A stretch of DNA of 64,000 bases, from contig CAVZXI010000014.1 in the NCBI GenBank assembly GCA_963779235.1, positions 72,337 through 136,336 on the forward strand, given 5' to 3'. The notes under the pieces were generated by a model. It made no database searches. It was not told where the DNA came from and saw nothing but the letters and a program-made list of their open reading frames with translations. Made by a program: the position numbers and the translations under genes. Below, one piece after another: positions 36,900-45,823 of the stretch (its first letter is position 1; each line of letters starts with the position of its first letter). The DNA comes from Pyrinomonadaceae bacterium. GTDB taxonomy: Bacteria > Acidobacteriota > Blastocatellia > Pyrinomonadales > Pyrinomonadaceae.

Positions 36900-38737
36900 A
36901 ATCCATATCCGAAAAGAACCGTTTGCATTCCAAATACCGACAATCCTCCGGCAAATAAACCTATCAAAAGAAAGGTAAAAGGCACATAAATCATCTTTCG
37001 CACCAAGCGATTTTCCCACGAAAGATGGTGCATTATCGGCAACATCATAAAGCCGATGCACAACCCGAAAAATGAAATTTGCAGCATCAACAGACACGAT
37101 ACGCCAAAAACAAAGCCACACATCAATTCAAACCCTTGCACCAAACGGCTGTCGGGGTGACTTCCTTCGAGTAATCTTTTGACATTCGCTTTGAATCTTT
37201 TGAACATCCCAACATTTTCCGCACTTTGATTTGTGGCTTGGGTAACATCCGCCGTGACGTGAAAGACAGCTTTTCCAGTCAAAGCATATAGCACCACTCC
37301 AACGCAGGATAACGGTCCAAGAGTTCCATAAATCGCCGTGCTTTTGCCAAGAAATTTCAACAATTTAATCGGATGCCGATACATTTCGATAATGAAACAA
37401 AGAATCGGTGCGAGTAGTGTAATCATCGTAATCGTGAAAAAGTCTAAGCCGTTAATTGCACTAAAACCCGTTTCGAGAATTTTAGTCGGCAAAGTGATTT
37501 CGGCATTTCCCAAAGCCAGCGTAAGAGGTTGCGGGCGAGTGAAAAGCATTGCCATTATTACATTTGCGTCAATTATAAAGAGAAAGTAAAAGAGCGATAA
37601 CGGCAAGTTGATAGTCGGGAAAATGACATCGAATTTTTCGACCAACGAAATGTTGCGCGAGCGAATGACGCTTCCCATCTGAGTCCACAAAAACTCACAA
37701 GTCCCGCGAGTCCACTTCATATGTCGGACGCGAAAGGCACGAATCGTTTCGGGAAAATCTTCGTAACAAATGATGTCTTCGGCAAAATGTCCGCGCCAGC
37801 CGTGTTCACGAATTTTGAGCGCAAACGCCAAATCTTCGCTGACGATTTCAGGAAAACCGCCGATGTCTTCCCAAGCCTCGCGGCGCAATAACGCCCCGTG
37901 TCCGAGCAACATGACAAACCCATAACGATTTCTGAGCGGATGATACCAACGCCAGTGTGCGTCAATTCCTGCCCCCAAGGAAGCCGCCAAACTGCTCGGA
38001 GCTTGCGGATTACTCTGATGATTTGCCTGCACAAATCCGCAATTTTGATTCGCTAAAATCCGCTTCATCGTACGGGTTAAAAAGTCCTTTGGCAAAACCT
38101 CATCTGCATCTGCGATAGCAAAGAACGGCTCATCTACCGTGCCGTGTCCAAGTCCGTAATTGATATTTCCAGCCTTAAAACCTTTGCGATTAGCGCGTCT
38201 GACAACCTTTACCCGATTTGGATAGCGGGCGGCAAATTCATCCACCTGCCGTTTATAATCCTCGTTTGAACTATCATCCAGAATATAAACTGTGAAATTT
38301 TTGTAATTTTGCTCGACACAAGACAAAACGCTTGTTTCCCTAAAATCGTTACAAGTCGTGTAAAGCAAAGCTACGCCCGGCGGATTTTTTGGCAATTCAG
38401 CATCTATCAAATATTTTTCCCGATATTTCCAACGATAAATTGTCGCAAAAGCCACTACTCCGACATTGTAAAAAGCATAAAGCCACGCCAATTCGGTGAA
38501 AAGCACAAAAAATAACAATGCGCCATATTCAATGCCCGTGTCGGCGATTTGCAAAAGACTCGCCAGACGCGGGTGAAACCAAATCAGCGATAAAAGCCAC
38601 GAGCCGAAAATAAACAGATAAAGTGATGACCTTGATTCGGAAAGTTTTGAAGTGTTGGTCTCAGCCGTTTTAATTTTCTGCGGATGCCAATCCTCAATTA
38701 TTGCTTGTTCTGCCTGAAAACGCACAAGATTTTTCAT
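36890..38737 (-). CDS. Processive family-2 glycosyltransferase (synthase type) with multi-TM flanks
   Basis: YILDDSS, ADADEV and SEDLAF acidic motifs, and RHMKWTRG (QxxRW-like). TM segments lie N- and C-terminal of the catalytic domain. Confidence 0.75.
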   Translation of the reverse strand: MKNLVRFQAEQAIIEDWHPQKIKTAETNTSKLSESRSSLYLFIFGSWLLSLIWFHPRLASLLQIADTGIEYGALLFFVLFTELAWLYAFYNVGVVAFATIYRWKYREKYLIDAELPKNPPGVALLYTTCNDFRETSVLSCVEQNYKNFTVYILDDSSNEDYKRQVDEFAARYPNRVKVVRRANRKGFKAGNINYGLGHGTVDEPFFAIADADEVLPKDFLTRTMKRILANQNCGFVQANHQSNPQAPSSLAASLGAGIDAHWRWYHPLRNRYGFVMLLGHGALLRREAWEDIGGFPEIVSEDLAFALKIREHGWRGHFAEDIICYEDFPETIRAFRVRHMKWTRGTCEFLWTQMGSVIRSRNISLVEKFDVIFPTINLPLSLFYFLFIIDANVIMAMLFTRPQPLTLALGNAEITLPTKILETGFSAINGLDFFTITMITLLAPILCFIIEMYRHPIKLLKFLGKSTAIYGTLGPLSCVGVVLYALTGKAVFHVTADVTQATNQSAENVGMFKRFKANVKRLLEGSHPDSRLVQGFELMCGFVFGVSCLLMLQISFFGLCIGFMMLPIMHHLSWENRLVRKMIYVPFTFLLIGLFAGGLSVFGMQTVLFGYGFHF

Positions 38738-40005
38738 TTGACCTCCTTATTGCTCAAGGTGAAGCCAAAAGTAAAAATCGTGTTTGACGAATTGCCGATT
38801 GCCTCGTGGCGAATCATAAATTGCGGACGGATATGTTTTCCGAGTGGGAAGGAGATTTTGCCAAAAGTATCGGTGACTGTCCGATTGGTTAAAGGAGTTT
38901 GGCGAAATTCTCGTCCGGCGGCAAAACCTGCATTTAGTTTGACACCATTTTGGAAAGCGTATTCTCCCGCCAATAACCCGCGAACTTGTTTTTCGCCTGC
39001 AATTCCGCTCTGTGCATAAAAGAAGGTTGGCTCAAGCCGAAATCTTTCTTTGACGGGAATGCCAACGCCGGTATGAAAAATTGTTTCAGTGCGGTTATCA
39101 GAACGAGGTCCAATGATCGCGCCAATGTTGTAGGAATAGCCTTTTGGCAGAAAGAAAACCTGCTCGACATCATAGAGTTTTTGCTTGACGTTATTTGGCA
39201 AGTTACGCCAACCGAAAGCGAATTTACTCAAATAATGTTTTTTGTAGCTGACCAAACCGCCGACAAAATAAGTCGGAATATTGCGATTGGTGCGGGCTAA
39301 AGCAAAATTATCGAGACTCAACCCGTTGTCATATTGAAACCAAACCCGCGTGTTTCGGGTTGGCTCAACCGCAATTTCGGCAAAGCGGACTCCGGTTGAA
39401 TTTTCGCGTCCGACCACACCTTCGTTTTTAGTCGAGGTGTATCCGCCCAAAAGCGTAAAATCAATGCGCGGAGTGTAAGAATCTGACGGAGTTGCCGTTC
39501 CGCTAAGACCTTGTTTGGCATCTTCACGGTTCGGTTCAATTTCCAAAGCGGCTCGAAAAGCTCGCTTGGCATCTTTTTCCCGCTTCGCTTTGGCAAGGGC
39601 TTGCCCCAATCCAACCTTGATTTCGGCGTTGTTGGGATAATCGGCTGATAAAGCCTCAAAACGCTGAACCGCAGTTTCGGCGTTATCGCTCCAAAGTGCC
39701 GTATAAGCCAAACCTTTGCGGGCATCAATTTGATTTGGTGCAACGGTAAGTGCTTTTTGAAATTGTGTTTCGGCTTGTGAATACGCGCCCGACCAAGCAA
39801 AATTGTAGCCAAGCCCGATAAGTGCCGAAATATTGGTTGAATCGGAGCGCAAAACATTTTGAAAATCGGTTTGAGCCTCGGCATATTTCTTTTGATAAGA
39901 GCAAACCGTTCCGCGTGCCAGAAGAACTTCGATATTGCCGGGATATTTTTTAAGCAAATCGTTATAAATTGCTTCGGCATCGGTAAAATTTTTGCCCGAA
40001 ATCAT
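38734..40005 (-). CDS. TPR-repeat protein with C-terminal beta-rich (porin-like) half
   Basis: The N-terminal half is TPR-like (AEAIYNDLLKKYPGN..., AETQFQKAL...). The C-terminal half has alternating aromatic/Gly strands. There is no signal peptide in this ORF (see 40009..40131). Confidence 0.6.
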   Translation of the reverse strand: MISGKNFTDAEAIYNDLLKKYPGNIEVLLARGTVCSYQKKYAEAQTDFQNVLRSDSTNISALIGLGYNFAWSGAYSQAETQFQKALTVAPNQIDARKGLAYTALWSDNAETAVQRFEALSADYPNNAEIKVGLGQALAKAKREKDAKRAFRAALEIEPNREDAKQGLSGTATPSDSYTPRIDFTLLGGYTSTKNEGVVGRENSTGVRFAEIAVEPTRNTRVWFQYDNGLSLDNFALARTNRNIPTYFVGGLVSYKKHYLSKFAFGWRNLPNNVKQKLYDVEQVFFLPKGYSYNIGAIIGPRSDNRTETIFHTGVGIPVKERFRLEPTFFYAQSGIAGEKQVRGLLAGEYAFQNGVKLNAGFAAGREFRQTPLTNRTVTDTFGKISFPLGKHIRPQFMIRHEAIGNSSNTIFTFGFTLSNKEVK

Positions 40006-40008
40006 CTG

Positions 40009-40131
40009 TTAAGCCGTTCTTAGTTTTGCTCTGATTTCAAAATCATCCTGCTGACCGAAGAGAAATGTTGATAGAATGAGTAGGAGTCCGGTTGAAAAAA
40101 CGAATGTTTTCCAAATTGATTGTTGTACCAT
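40009..40131 (-). other. Detached 40-codon signal-peptide ORF, in frame with the TPR gene and separated from it by one TAA
   Basis: AGGAGG sits 8 nt upstream. The peptide is MVQQSIWKTFVFSTGLLLILSTFLFGQQDDFEIRAKLRTA, then TAA (40011-40009), CAG, and the ATG at 40005 in the same frame. Confidence 0.6.
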
Positions 40132-40248
40132 TTTAAATACCTCCTAAATGGTTTGTTTTTGTTTATTAAACAGTGCTGAAAGAAGGCAAGAAAAAGACAT
40201 CTTTTTCTTAAAAAATAAAGCGGGAGCAAATAAATTTAGCTTATTTAA

Positions 40249-41217
40249 TCAATGGTCATCACCATTTCCCCAGCGATAGTAGAACGAAAAAACGACTTGA
40301 TGATTTTTGTAAATTTTATCAATATCGTTGGAATTACGTTTTTCAAATTGGTAATTTGCCTCAAAACCAAACCGCGAAGTAAATTCGTGTCGCCAACCAA
40401 AATTAAATGTCAATTTTTTATCTGAACGCGGAACATCAAATCCATTAACATCAATCAATCTGCCATACAGACGCGGGGCATAGCGGGCTTCAAAACTAAA
40501 TTTGTCGCGTTTGGTCGGTTCAAAATCAAGTCCGGCGGAAAAAGTTCGGCGGATATAACGCTGACGCAACCCGCGGGCAATATTATGGTCGTAACGAAAA
40601 CCTCCGTAGCCTTCTAATTTTGAGGTTATTTGTCGCGTATATTTCACGCCGACTTGCGGATTTTTCGCATCTTGATTTGGGTCTTCAGACTGACGTTTGA
40701 GCCGATAAACTCCATAAAATCCGAGTTTATCTTTTTTGGTGACGCGATAATTGAACTTTTGTGTCACGATATATTGATTGTTCTGTTCACGGTCTTCGTC
40801 AAGCCCCCTCAAAAGAGTTTCAAATTCAGTTTCGGAGTTCCACCCCTTGCCCAAAGTATTGCGGTATGATGTCCGAAAATATTGCCCCAGACGATTATAT
40901 TCAGGAAATTTTGTATATTTCGGATAGCCGATAGAATATTGAAATTGCAAACGATGACGGTCTTTTTGCAGTTGATACCCGACCTCCAGCGAAGGAATTA
41001 CACCGAAAGATTTGGTGGCAATCGGCTCTTTGTCAAAATTACTGTCAAAAGTGGTAAAAAGTTTGGCTTTGATATACCAAGTCTTTTCCCAATCCGCCTG
41101 TGTTTTAGTCGTTTTCGCACTATCTTTTTTGGCTTTCGCTGTTTTAGTTAAATTTTGACTAAAAGCAAACCCCGAAAATAAACCGATTAGTAAAATAAAT
41201 CCCAAAAACTTTTTCAT
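40249..41217 (-). CDS. Outer-membrane beta-barrel protein (unassigned family)
   Basis: Signal peptide MKKFLGFILLIGLFSGFAFSQ, then alternating-pattern strands rich in Y/F/G/R. Confidence 0.5.
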   Translation of the reverse strand: MKKFLGFILLIGLFSGFAFSQNLTKTAKAKKDSAKTTKTQADWEKTWYIKAKLFTTFDSNFDKEPIATKSFGVIPSLEVGYQLQKDRHRLQFQYSIGYPKYTKFPEYNRLGQYFRTSYRNTLGKGWNSETEFETLLRGLDEDREQNNQYIVTQKFNYRVTKKDKLGFYGVYRLKRQSEDPNQDAKNPQVGVKYTRQITSKLEGYGGFRYDHNIARGLRQRYIRRTFSAGLDFEPTKRDKFSFEARYAPRLYGRLIDVNGFDVPRSDKKLTFNFGWRHEFTSRFGFEANYQFEKRNSNDIDKIYKNHQVVFSFYYRWGNGDDH

Positions 41218-41239
41218 AAAATCTACCTCCCGAAAAAAC

Positions 41240-43135
41240 CTAAACCTGATTCGCCGACAACTTTTTCGTCGTCACCAAATCGCTAATTAAACAAGACTCA
41301 ACAACTTGGCTTTGTCTAAACAGTGCCAAAAGTTCCCCCAAAAAGACAAAATCTTTTTCCTCCATTACGGCGTGATGCAGCATAATTCCAACCGTTTCAT
41401 TTTCAGCAATTTGTTTGGGTAAAATCTCACCGATTTCCTTTTGCATTAAGGGAACACCTTTCCGTTTGGCAAACCAATCCAACGACACCGAAATTTCAAC
41501 TAAATCATTGAGATTGAATGGTTTCGCTCCCGATTCACGCGATAAAATCTTAAAACCCAATTCGCGCAAAACTTTTGCTGTATCTTCGGTGCAGCGATTC
41601 CAGGGCGGCGTAAAAATCTTAGTCAAATTTCCGCCAAAATAGCTTTCCAAAATCCTTTTTCCGCTGATAATATCCATAAATTGCTCTTTGTGCGTGCGGG
41701 AAACTCCAAACTCGCATTTCCGCCCTGATTCCTCGTGATTTTTGTGTAAAAACCCGTGCTGATGAACCGCTAAAAGTTTTGGATTTTCGTTGATTGCTAT
41801 TCGTAATTTTCTCGCCAAATCTTCATTCATTTCGCAAGGAATTACAGCAATATCAAGCGGCATGTTGTTGTTGTTAAAAAGTTCGATTAGCCTAAAAAGT
41901 TTGCCATCTTCCCAACCCGCATCATCATCCCGAAAGAAAAGTTTGAACGGAGTTTTTCGCACCGAAAGTGCTTTTTTGACAGACACAAGCCACGAATCTT
42001 TGGTCAATAAATTTTCAATCCCGCGAGCCGAATTCTCCCCGCCTTGCAAATCGAGCGAACTCGTTTTCGGCTCGAAATTAAACGCATTTTTTATTGCCCT
42101 AGCCAAACTTTGCGGAGTTAATTCCCTTTTCTCCAAAACCTGTAAAACGCCCATGTTTTCTAACCTTCTTGCCCGTTTCATCTGCTCGTTGTCACCGTTA
42201 TCGGCAAACGGAACGACCACCGAAGCCACGCCCGAACGCAAAATATCCATCGCCGTATTGTAACCGCATTGGCTGACCGAAACGGCAGAATTTGCCATTT
42301 CCTGAGCCAGATTCGGAACAAAACGGATGAGTTCGACGTTCGATTTTTGGGTGGCTAAAGTTTGTAGTTTTGTAAAAGATTCATCCGGTAAAAATGCACC
42401 TGTGATGAGTTTTAAGTGAATATTTTCGGGCAAAAAATCTTTCGCTTCGATGGCAGTTTGCAAAAGACTTTCGCCAACCATTCCGCCGCCAGCCGAAATA
42501 ATTACTTGATTTTTGTCTTTCTTTTCAAAACTCAACGCATCATTTTTCGCCACAAAGCCCGTGTAAAAAACCGGAACTTGCAAAGGTGTAGCAGGCTGAA
42601 AAGTCTCTTCCAAACGGGCAAAATCTTTATCCGAATGAACCAAAATCGCGTCAAAAAATTCGTTGGCAGTTTTCACGGCGCGTTCTTCGTGACGGGCTTG
42701 GTCACGCCGTTGACCAACTAAAATATCCCGCAAACTGCACAAAATCTTAGCTTTACCTTTCGCCGCTTCGAGCAAAGGAAGCAATTCATTTTGAAATTTT
42801 TTGCGCCCGAAAGGAAAAAGTTCGATAATAAGTGCTGAAGGATTTTCGCTTTTGAAAGTGTCGAGAATAATTTGTTCGCGTAAAGTCTGGCATCGTTCAA
42901 CTGTCCGGCGTTTGTCGAGCGAAACAAGCTGACTATTTCCGTCAAAACCAAGGGGCGGCAGATTGATAATTCTGATATTTTCGGGAACTTTCAATTTTTT
43001 TGGAAGTCGTCCGCCGTTTAGGAAAATGACGCTGAATTTCTCCGAAAGTTTTTCCGCCAAAGCAAACGAGCGAACGAGATGCCCCATTCCGAGCAAATGT
43101 TGACAATAGAATAAAATTTTAGATTTATCGGACAT
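41240..43135 (-). CDS. GT-B glycosyltransferase (MurG/GT28-C-like, COG4671-like) fused to a polysaccharide-deacetylase-like domain
   Basis: The N-terminal HLLGMGHLVRS... and ...SQCGYNTAMDIL... resemble the paralog at 50218..51573. The C-terminal FFRDDDAG...HQHGFLH...PPWNR resembles NodB/deacetylase-type motifs. Confidence 0.55.
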   Translation of the reverse strand: MSDKSKILFYCQHLLGMGHLVRSFALAEKLSEKFSVIFLNGGRLPKKLKVPENIRIINLPPLGFDGNSQLVSLDKRRTVERCQTLREQIILDTFKSENPSALIIELFPFGRKKFQNELLPLLEAAKGKAKILCSLRDILVGQRRDQARHEERAVKTANEFFDAILVHSDKDFARLEETFQPATPLQVPVFYTGFVAKNDALSFEKKDKNQVIISAGGGMVGESLLQTAIEAKDFLPENIHLKLITGAFLPDESFTKLQTLATQKSNVELIRFVPNLAQEMANSAVSVSQCGYNTAMDILRSGVASVVVPFADNGDNEQMKRARRLENMGVLQVLEKRELTPQSLARAIKNAFNFEPKTSSLDLQGGENSARGIENLLTKDSWLVSVKKALSVRKTPFKLFFRDDDAGWEDGKLFRLIELFNNNNMPLDIAVIPCEMNEDLARKLRIAINENPKLLAVHQHGFLHKNHEESGRKCEFGVSRTHKEQFMDIISGKRILESYFGGNLTKIFTPPWNRCTEDTAKVLRELGFKILSRESGAKPFNLNDLVEISVSLDWFAKRKGVPLMQKEIGEILPKQIAENETVGIMLHHAVMEEKDFVFLGELLALFRQSQVVESCLISDLVTTKKLSANQV

Positions 43136-43136
43136 C

Positions 43137-44942
43137 TTACGCTCCTAAAGCCATTTCCTTCTTAAACTTACGCTGATACATCGCTCGATATTTCGGGTTG
43201 GTGCTGAGTAAAAATTCGTGTGTTCCCTGACTCTCAATTTGTCCGTTTTCGAGCATCAAAATCCAATCCGCCTCAGCCGCATTTTGCAAATCGTGCGTAA
43301 TCAGCAGAGAGGTTTTGCCTTTCGTCAACCGATTCATAGCTTCACGGATAGCAATTTCGCTTTCGACATCCAAGCCCGTCATCGGCTCGTCCAAAATCAA
43401 AATCGGGGCGTTGCGGACGAAAGCACGGGCAATCGAAAGGCGTTGACGCTGACCGCCCGAAAGCGTTCCGCCGCGTTCGCCCAAAATTGTGTCGTAGCCT
43501 TTTTCGAGTTTCATAATAAATTCGTGAGCGTTTGCAGACATCGCAGCGGCGACAATTTCCGAATCACTCGCATCAGGTTTGCCGTAAGCGATATTTTCCT
43601 TAACTGTTGCCCCAAAAAGAATCGTCTCCTGCAAAACGATGCCGATTTGCCGGCGGAGCGATTCGCGTTGGTAATTTTTGATGTTCACGCGGTCAACTAC
43701 AACCTGTCCCGTTGTCGCTTCGTAAAGTCGCAAAATCAAACTAATAATCGTCGTTTTCCCTGCTCCCGACGCTCCCAAAAGAGCAACTTTTTTACCGACG
43801 GGAATGTGAAAAGTGACATCATTGAGAATATTTTTGCCGTTTCCATAATTGAATGAGACGTTGTAAAAAGTGATTTCTCCCTGTAAATTCTGTGCGGCAA
43901 TCGCATTTGGCACATCCTCAATTTCGGGCTGAATCGCAAAATTTTCCCGGATTCTTCCGGCACTAACCATCGCCCGCGAAATCTTGGCGGAGAGTTTCGC
44001 AAGGGTGCGAATCGGATTGTTGATGCTGTTCATATACGAAACAAAAACGATTAGTCCGCCGGGTGTGATTTCTCCCGTCAAGGCTTGCCACGCTCCCAAA
44101 ACCAAAACTGCAAATGTTCCAATCGCAGTAGTTAAATCAACCGAGCGAGACGAAACTGCTTCGAGTCGGGCGGTTTTTAAACTCTCTCCCAAGGTCTTTT
44201 CGCTCTGATTTTCAAAGCGTTTTTCTTCGTAACTTTCGCGCCCGAAAGCCTGCACAATCAAAATCGAATTCAAAACTTCGTGCAGTTTTGAGGCAATTTT
44301 CCCTTCGGCTTTGCGCTGCTTGCGGGCAGATTCGCGTATCGCGTGAAAACGGTAAATCGAGATTGTCGCCAAGATTGGGAAAGTTGCCAAAACAATCAAA
44401 CCAAGTTTCCAATTGACCAAAAACATAATCACGACCATTCCGACCAGCGTGACGATTTCGGTCACAAATGTCAGCGCAAATTCGGAAAAAGTGTCGCGCA
44501 AATTGTTGGTATCAGCCGTTACTTTGGTCAATAAATCGCCTGTTTCTGCGCTTTTATGAAACGAAAGCGAAAGGCGTTGGAGATGCGAAAAAAGTTCGGC
44601 ACGAAGTTTATGCGCGAGACTAAAACCGATTTTTGAAGAGATAAAAACTTGGGTATAAGTAAAAATTCCTTTGACGAGCGAAATCAAAATTACGCTCGAA
44701 GCGACCAGAATAATTGAAGTAATTTTGTTTTCGGTAAAGAAATTATTCACTGTCGAAAAAAAATCAGGCAAAGGTTTCGCCAGCAAAATATTGTCAATGA
44801 TAATTTTCAGCGTCCATGGGCGAAGCAAATCGGAAACAGCGAGAATCAAAGTGCTGAAAAGTGCAAAGACAAATCTCCATTTTTCCGCCCAAAGATGATT
44901 GGCGACTATGTTTCTAAATTTTGCCTGATAATTTGCTTTCAT
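43137..44942 (-). CDS. ABC exporter, fused permease-ATPase (MsbA-like type I exporter)
   Basis: Six-TM N-terminal domain, Walker A GASGAGKTT, signature LSGGQRQRLSIARA, Walker B ILILDEP. Confidence 0.85.
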   Translation of the reverse strand: MKANYQAKFRNIVANHLWAEKWRFVFALFSTLILAVSDLLRPWTLKIIIDNILLAKPLPDFFSTVNNFFTENKITSIILVASSVILISLVKGIFTYTQVFISSKIGFSLAHKLRAELFSHLQRLSLSFHKSAETGDLLTKVTADTNNLRDTFSEFALTFVTEIVTLVGMVVIMFLVNWKLGLIVLATFPILATISIYRFHAIRESARKQRKAEGKIASKLHEVLNSILIVQAFGRESYEEKRFENQSEKTLGESLKTARLEAVSSRSVDLTTAIGTFAVLVLGAWQALTGEITPGGLIVFVSYMNSINNPIRTLAKLSAKISRAMVSAGRIRENFAIQPEIEDVPNAIAAQNLQGEITFYNVSFNYGNGKNILNDVTFHIPVGKKVALLGASGAGKTTIISLILRLYEATTGQVVVDRVNIKNYQRESLRRQIGIVLQETILFGATVKENIAYGKPDASDSEIVAAAMSANAHEFIMKLEKGYDTILGERGGTLSGGQRQRLSIARAFVRNAPILILDEPMTGLDVESEIAIREAMNRLTKGKTSLLITHDLQNAAEADWILMLENGQIESQGTHEFLLSTNPKYRAMYQRKFKKEMALGA

Positions 44943-45823
44943 CCCAACAACTCCAAATACTGCAATGCTTTATCCAATCGACTTTCTGCCTCTTTTTGGT
45001 CTTTTGCCGCTTTCGCTAACCATTTATGAGCCATGTAAAACTTCATCAATCTTTCATCTTTAATCATTCCGTTTGAATGAAAACCCGCAAGAAACGAATC
45101 AGTAAAACTTTCGCCAAAGTGCGGATATTCGACTTCAAGCTGAACGATAAACGAAGCCAAATCACGTTCCACTTCGCCAAGTGAAAAATCTTCAAAATCC
45201 AATAAAGCGAGTCGTTTCCCGTCAAAAAGCCATTGGTCAAGGTGCATATCGCTGTGAATCGGAACAAGTTTTTCGGCTGGCAATTCGGCGTTTTCCACAA
45301 GATAAAAAAATCGCTCAATTTTCGTCTTCAAATGTGGTGCAATCCGTTCGGTTTTTTCGGCAAATTCGCGTGAATCTTTCAACTGTTCTTGGCGGTCAAA
45401 AAAACGCGGCGGAGTGATTTCAAGTTTGGAAATATCGGCTACCCCCTTGCCGATTTCAAACGCGATTTTCGCCCCGCCGCGAGTCGCCGAAACATTTTCG
45501 CCATCAAATTTTTCCTGCCAAATCGCCCGCGTCCGACTGCACCAGCCGATTGATTTCGGAACTGAAAAATTTATCCTTTTTTCTTCGGCAAATTGCCAAA
45601 GTTTTTCGCCGATTGCGTGAATTTTTTCGCCCCGTTCACGCTTCAAAAATTTCTTCGGATAGACCTTGACGAAGTATTCTTTTCCCGCTTTTTCAATCTC
45701 CAAAAGACAGCGTTTGTGCGGTGAATATTTAACGATTTTGGCATTTGGATTTTCCCGAAAAATCGCGGAAAGAGTGTCGAGTTCGCTGTCTCTAATTAGC
45801 TGAAGCTGGGCGGTTTGTGTCAT
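44939..45823 (-). CDS. APH-fold phosphotransferase/kinase-like protein
   Basis: VPIHSDMHLDQWLF...LLDFEDFSLGEVERDLASF (HxDxxxxN/Q plus DFD-type motifs). ATGA overlaps on both sides. Confidence 0.6.
   Translation of the reverse strand: MTQTAQLQLIRDSELDTLSAIFRENPNAKIVKYSPHKRCLLEIEKAGKEYFVKVYPKKFLKRERGEKIHAIGEKLWQFAEEKRINFSVPKSIGWCSRTRAIWQEKFDGENVSATRGGAKIAFEIGKGVADISKLEITPPRFFDRQEQLKDSREFAEKTERIAPHLKTKIERFFYLVENAELPAEKLVPIHSDMHLDQWLFDGKRLALLDFEDFSLGEVERDLASFIVQLEVEYPHFGESFTDSFLAGFHSNGMIKDERLMKFYMAHKWLAKAAKDQKEAESRLDKALQYLELLG

Noticed and set aside
40020-40229. The track ORF of 69 aa on the minus strand (MLPLYFLRKRCLF...).
   Set aside because: It has no RBS and an odd composition. The same region in another frame holds the RBS-preceded signal-peptide ORF that is in frame with the TPR gene.
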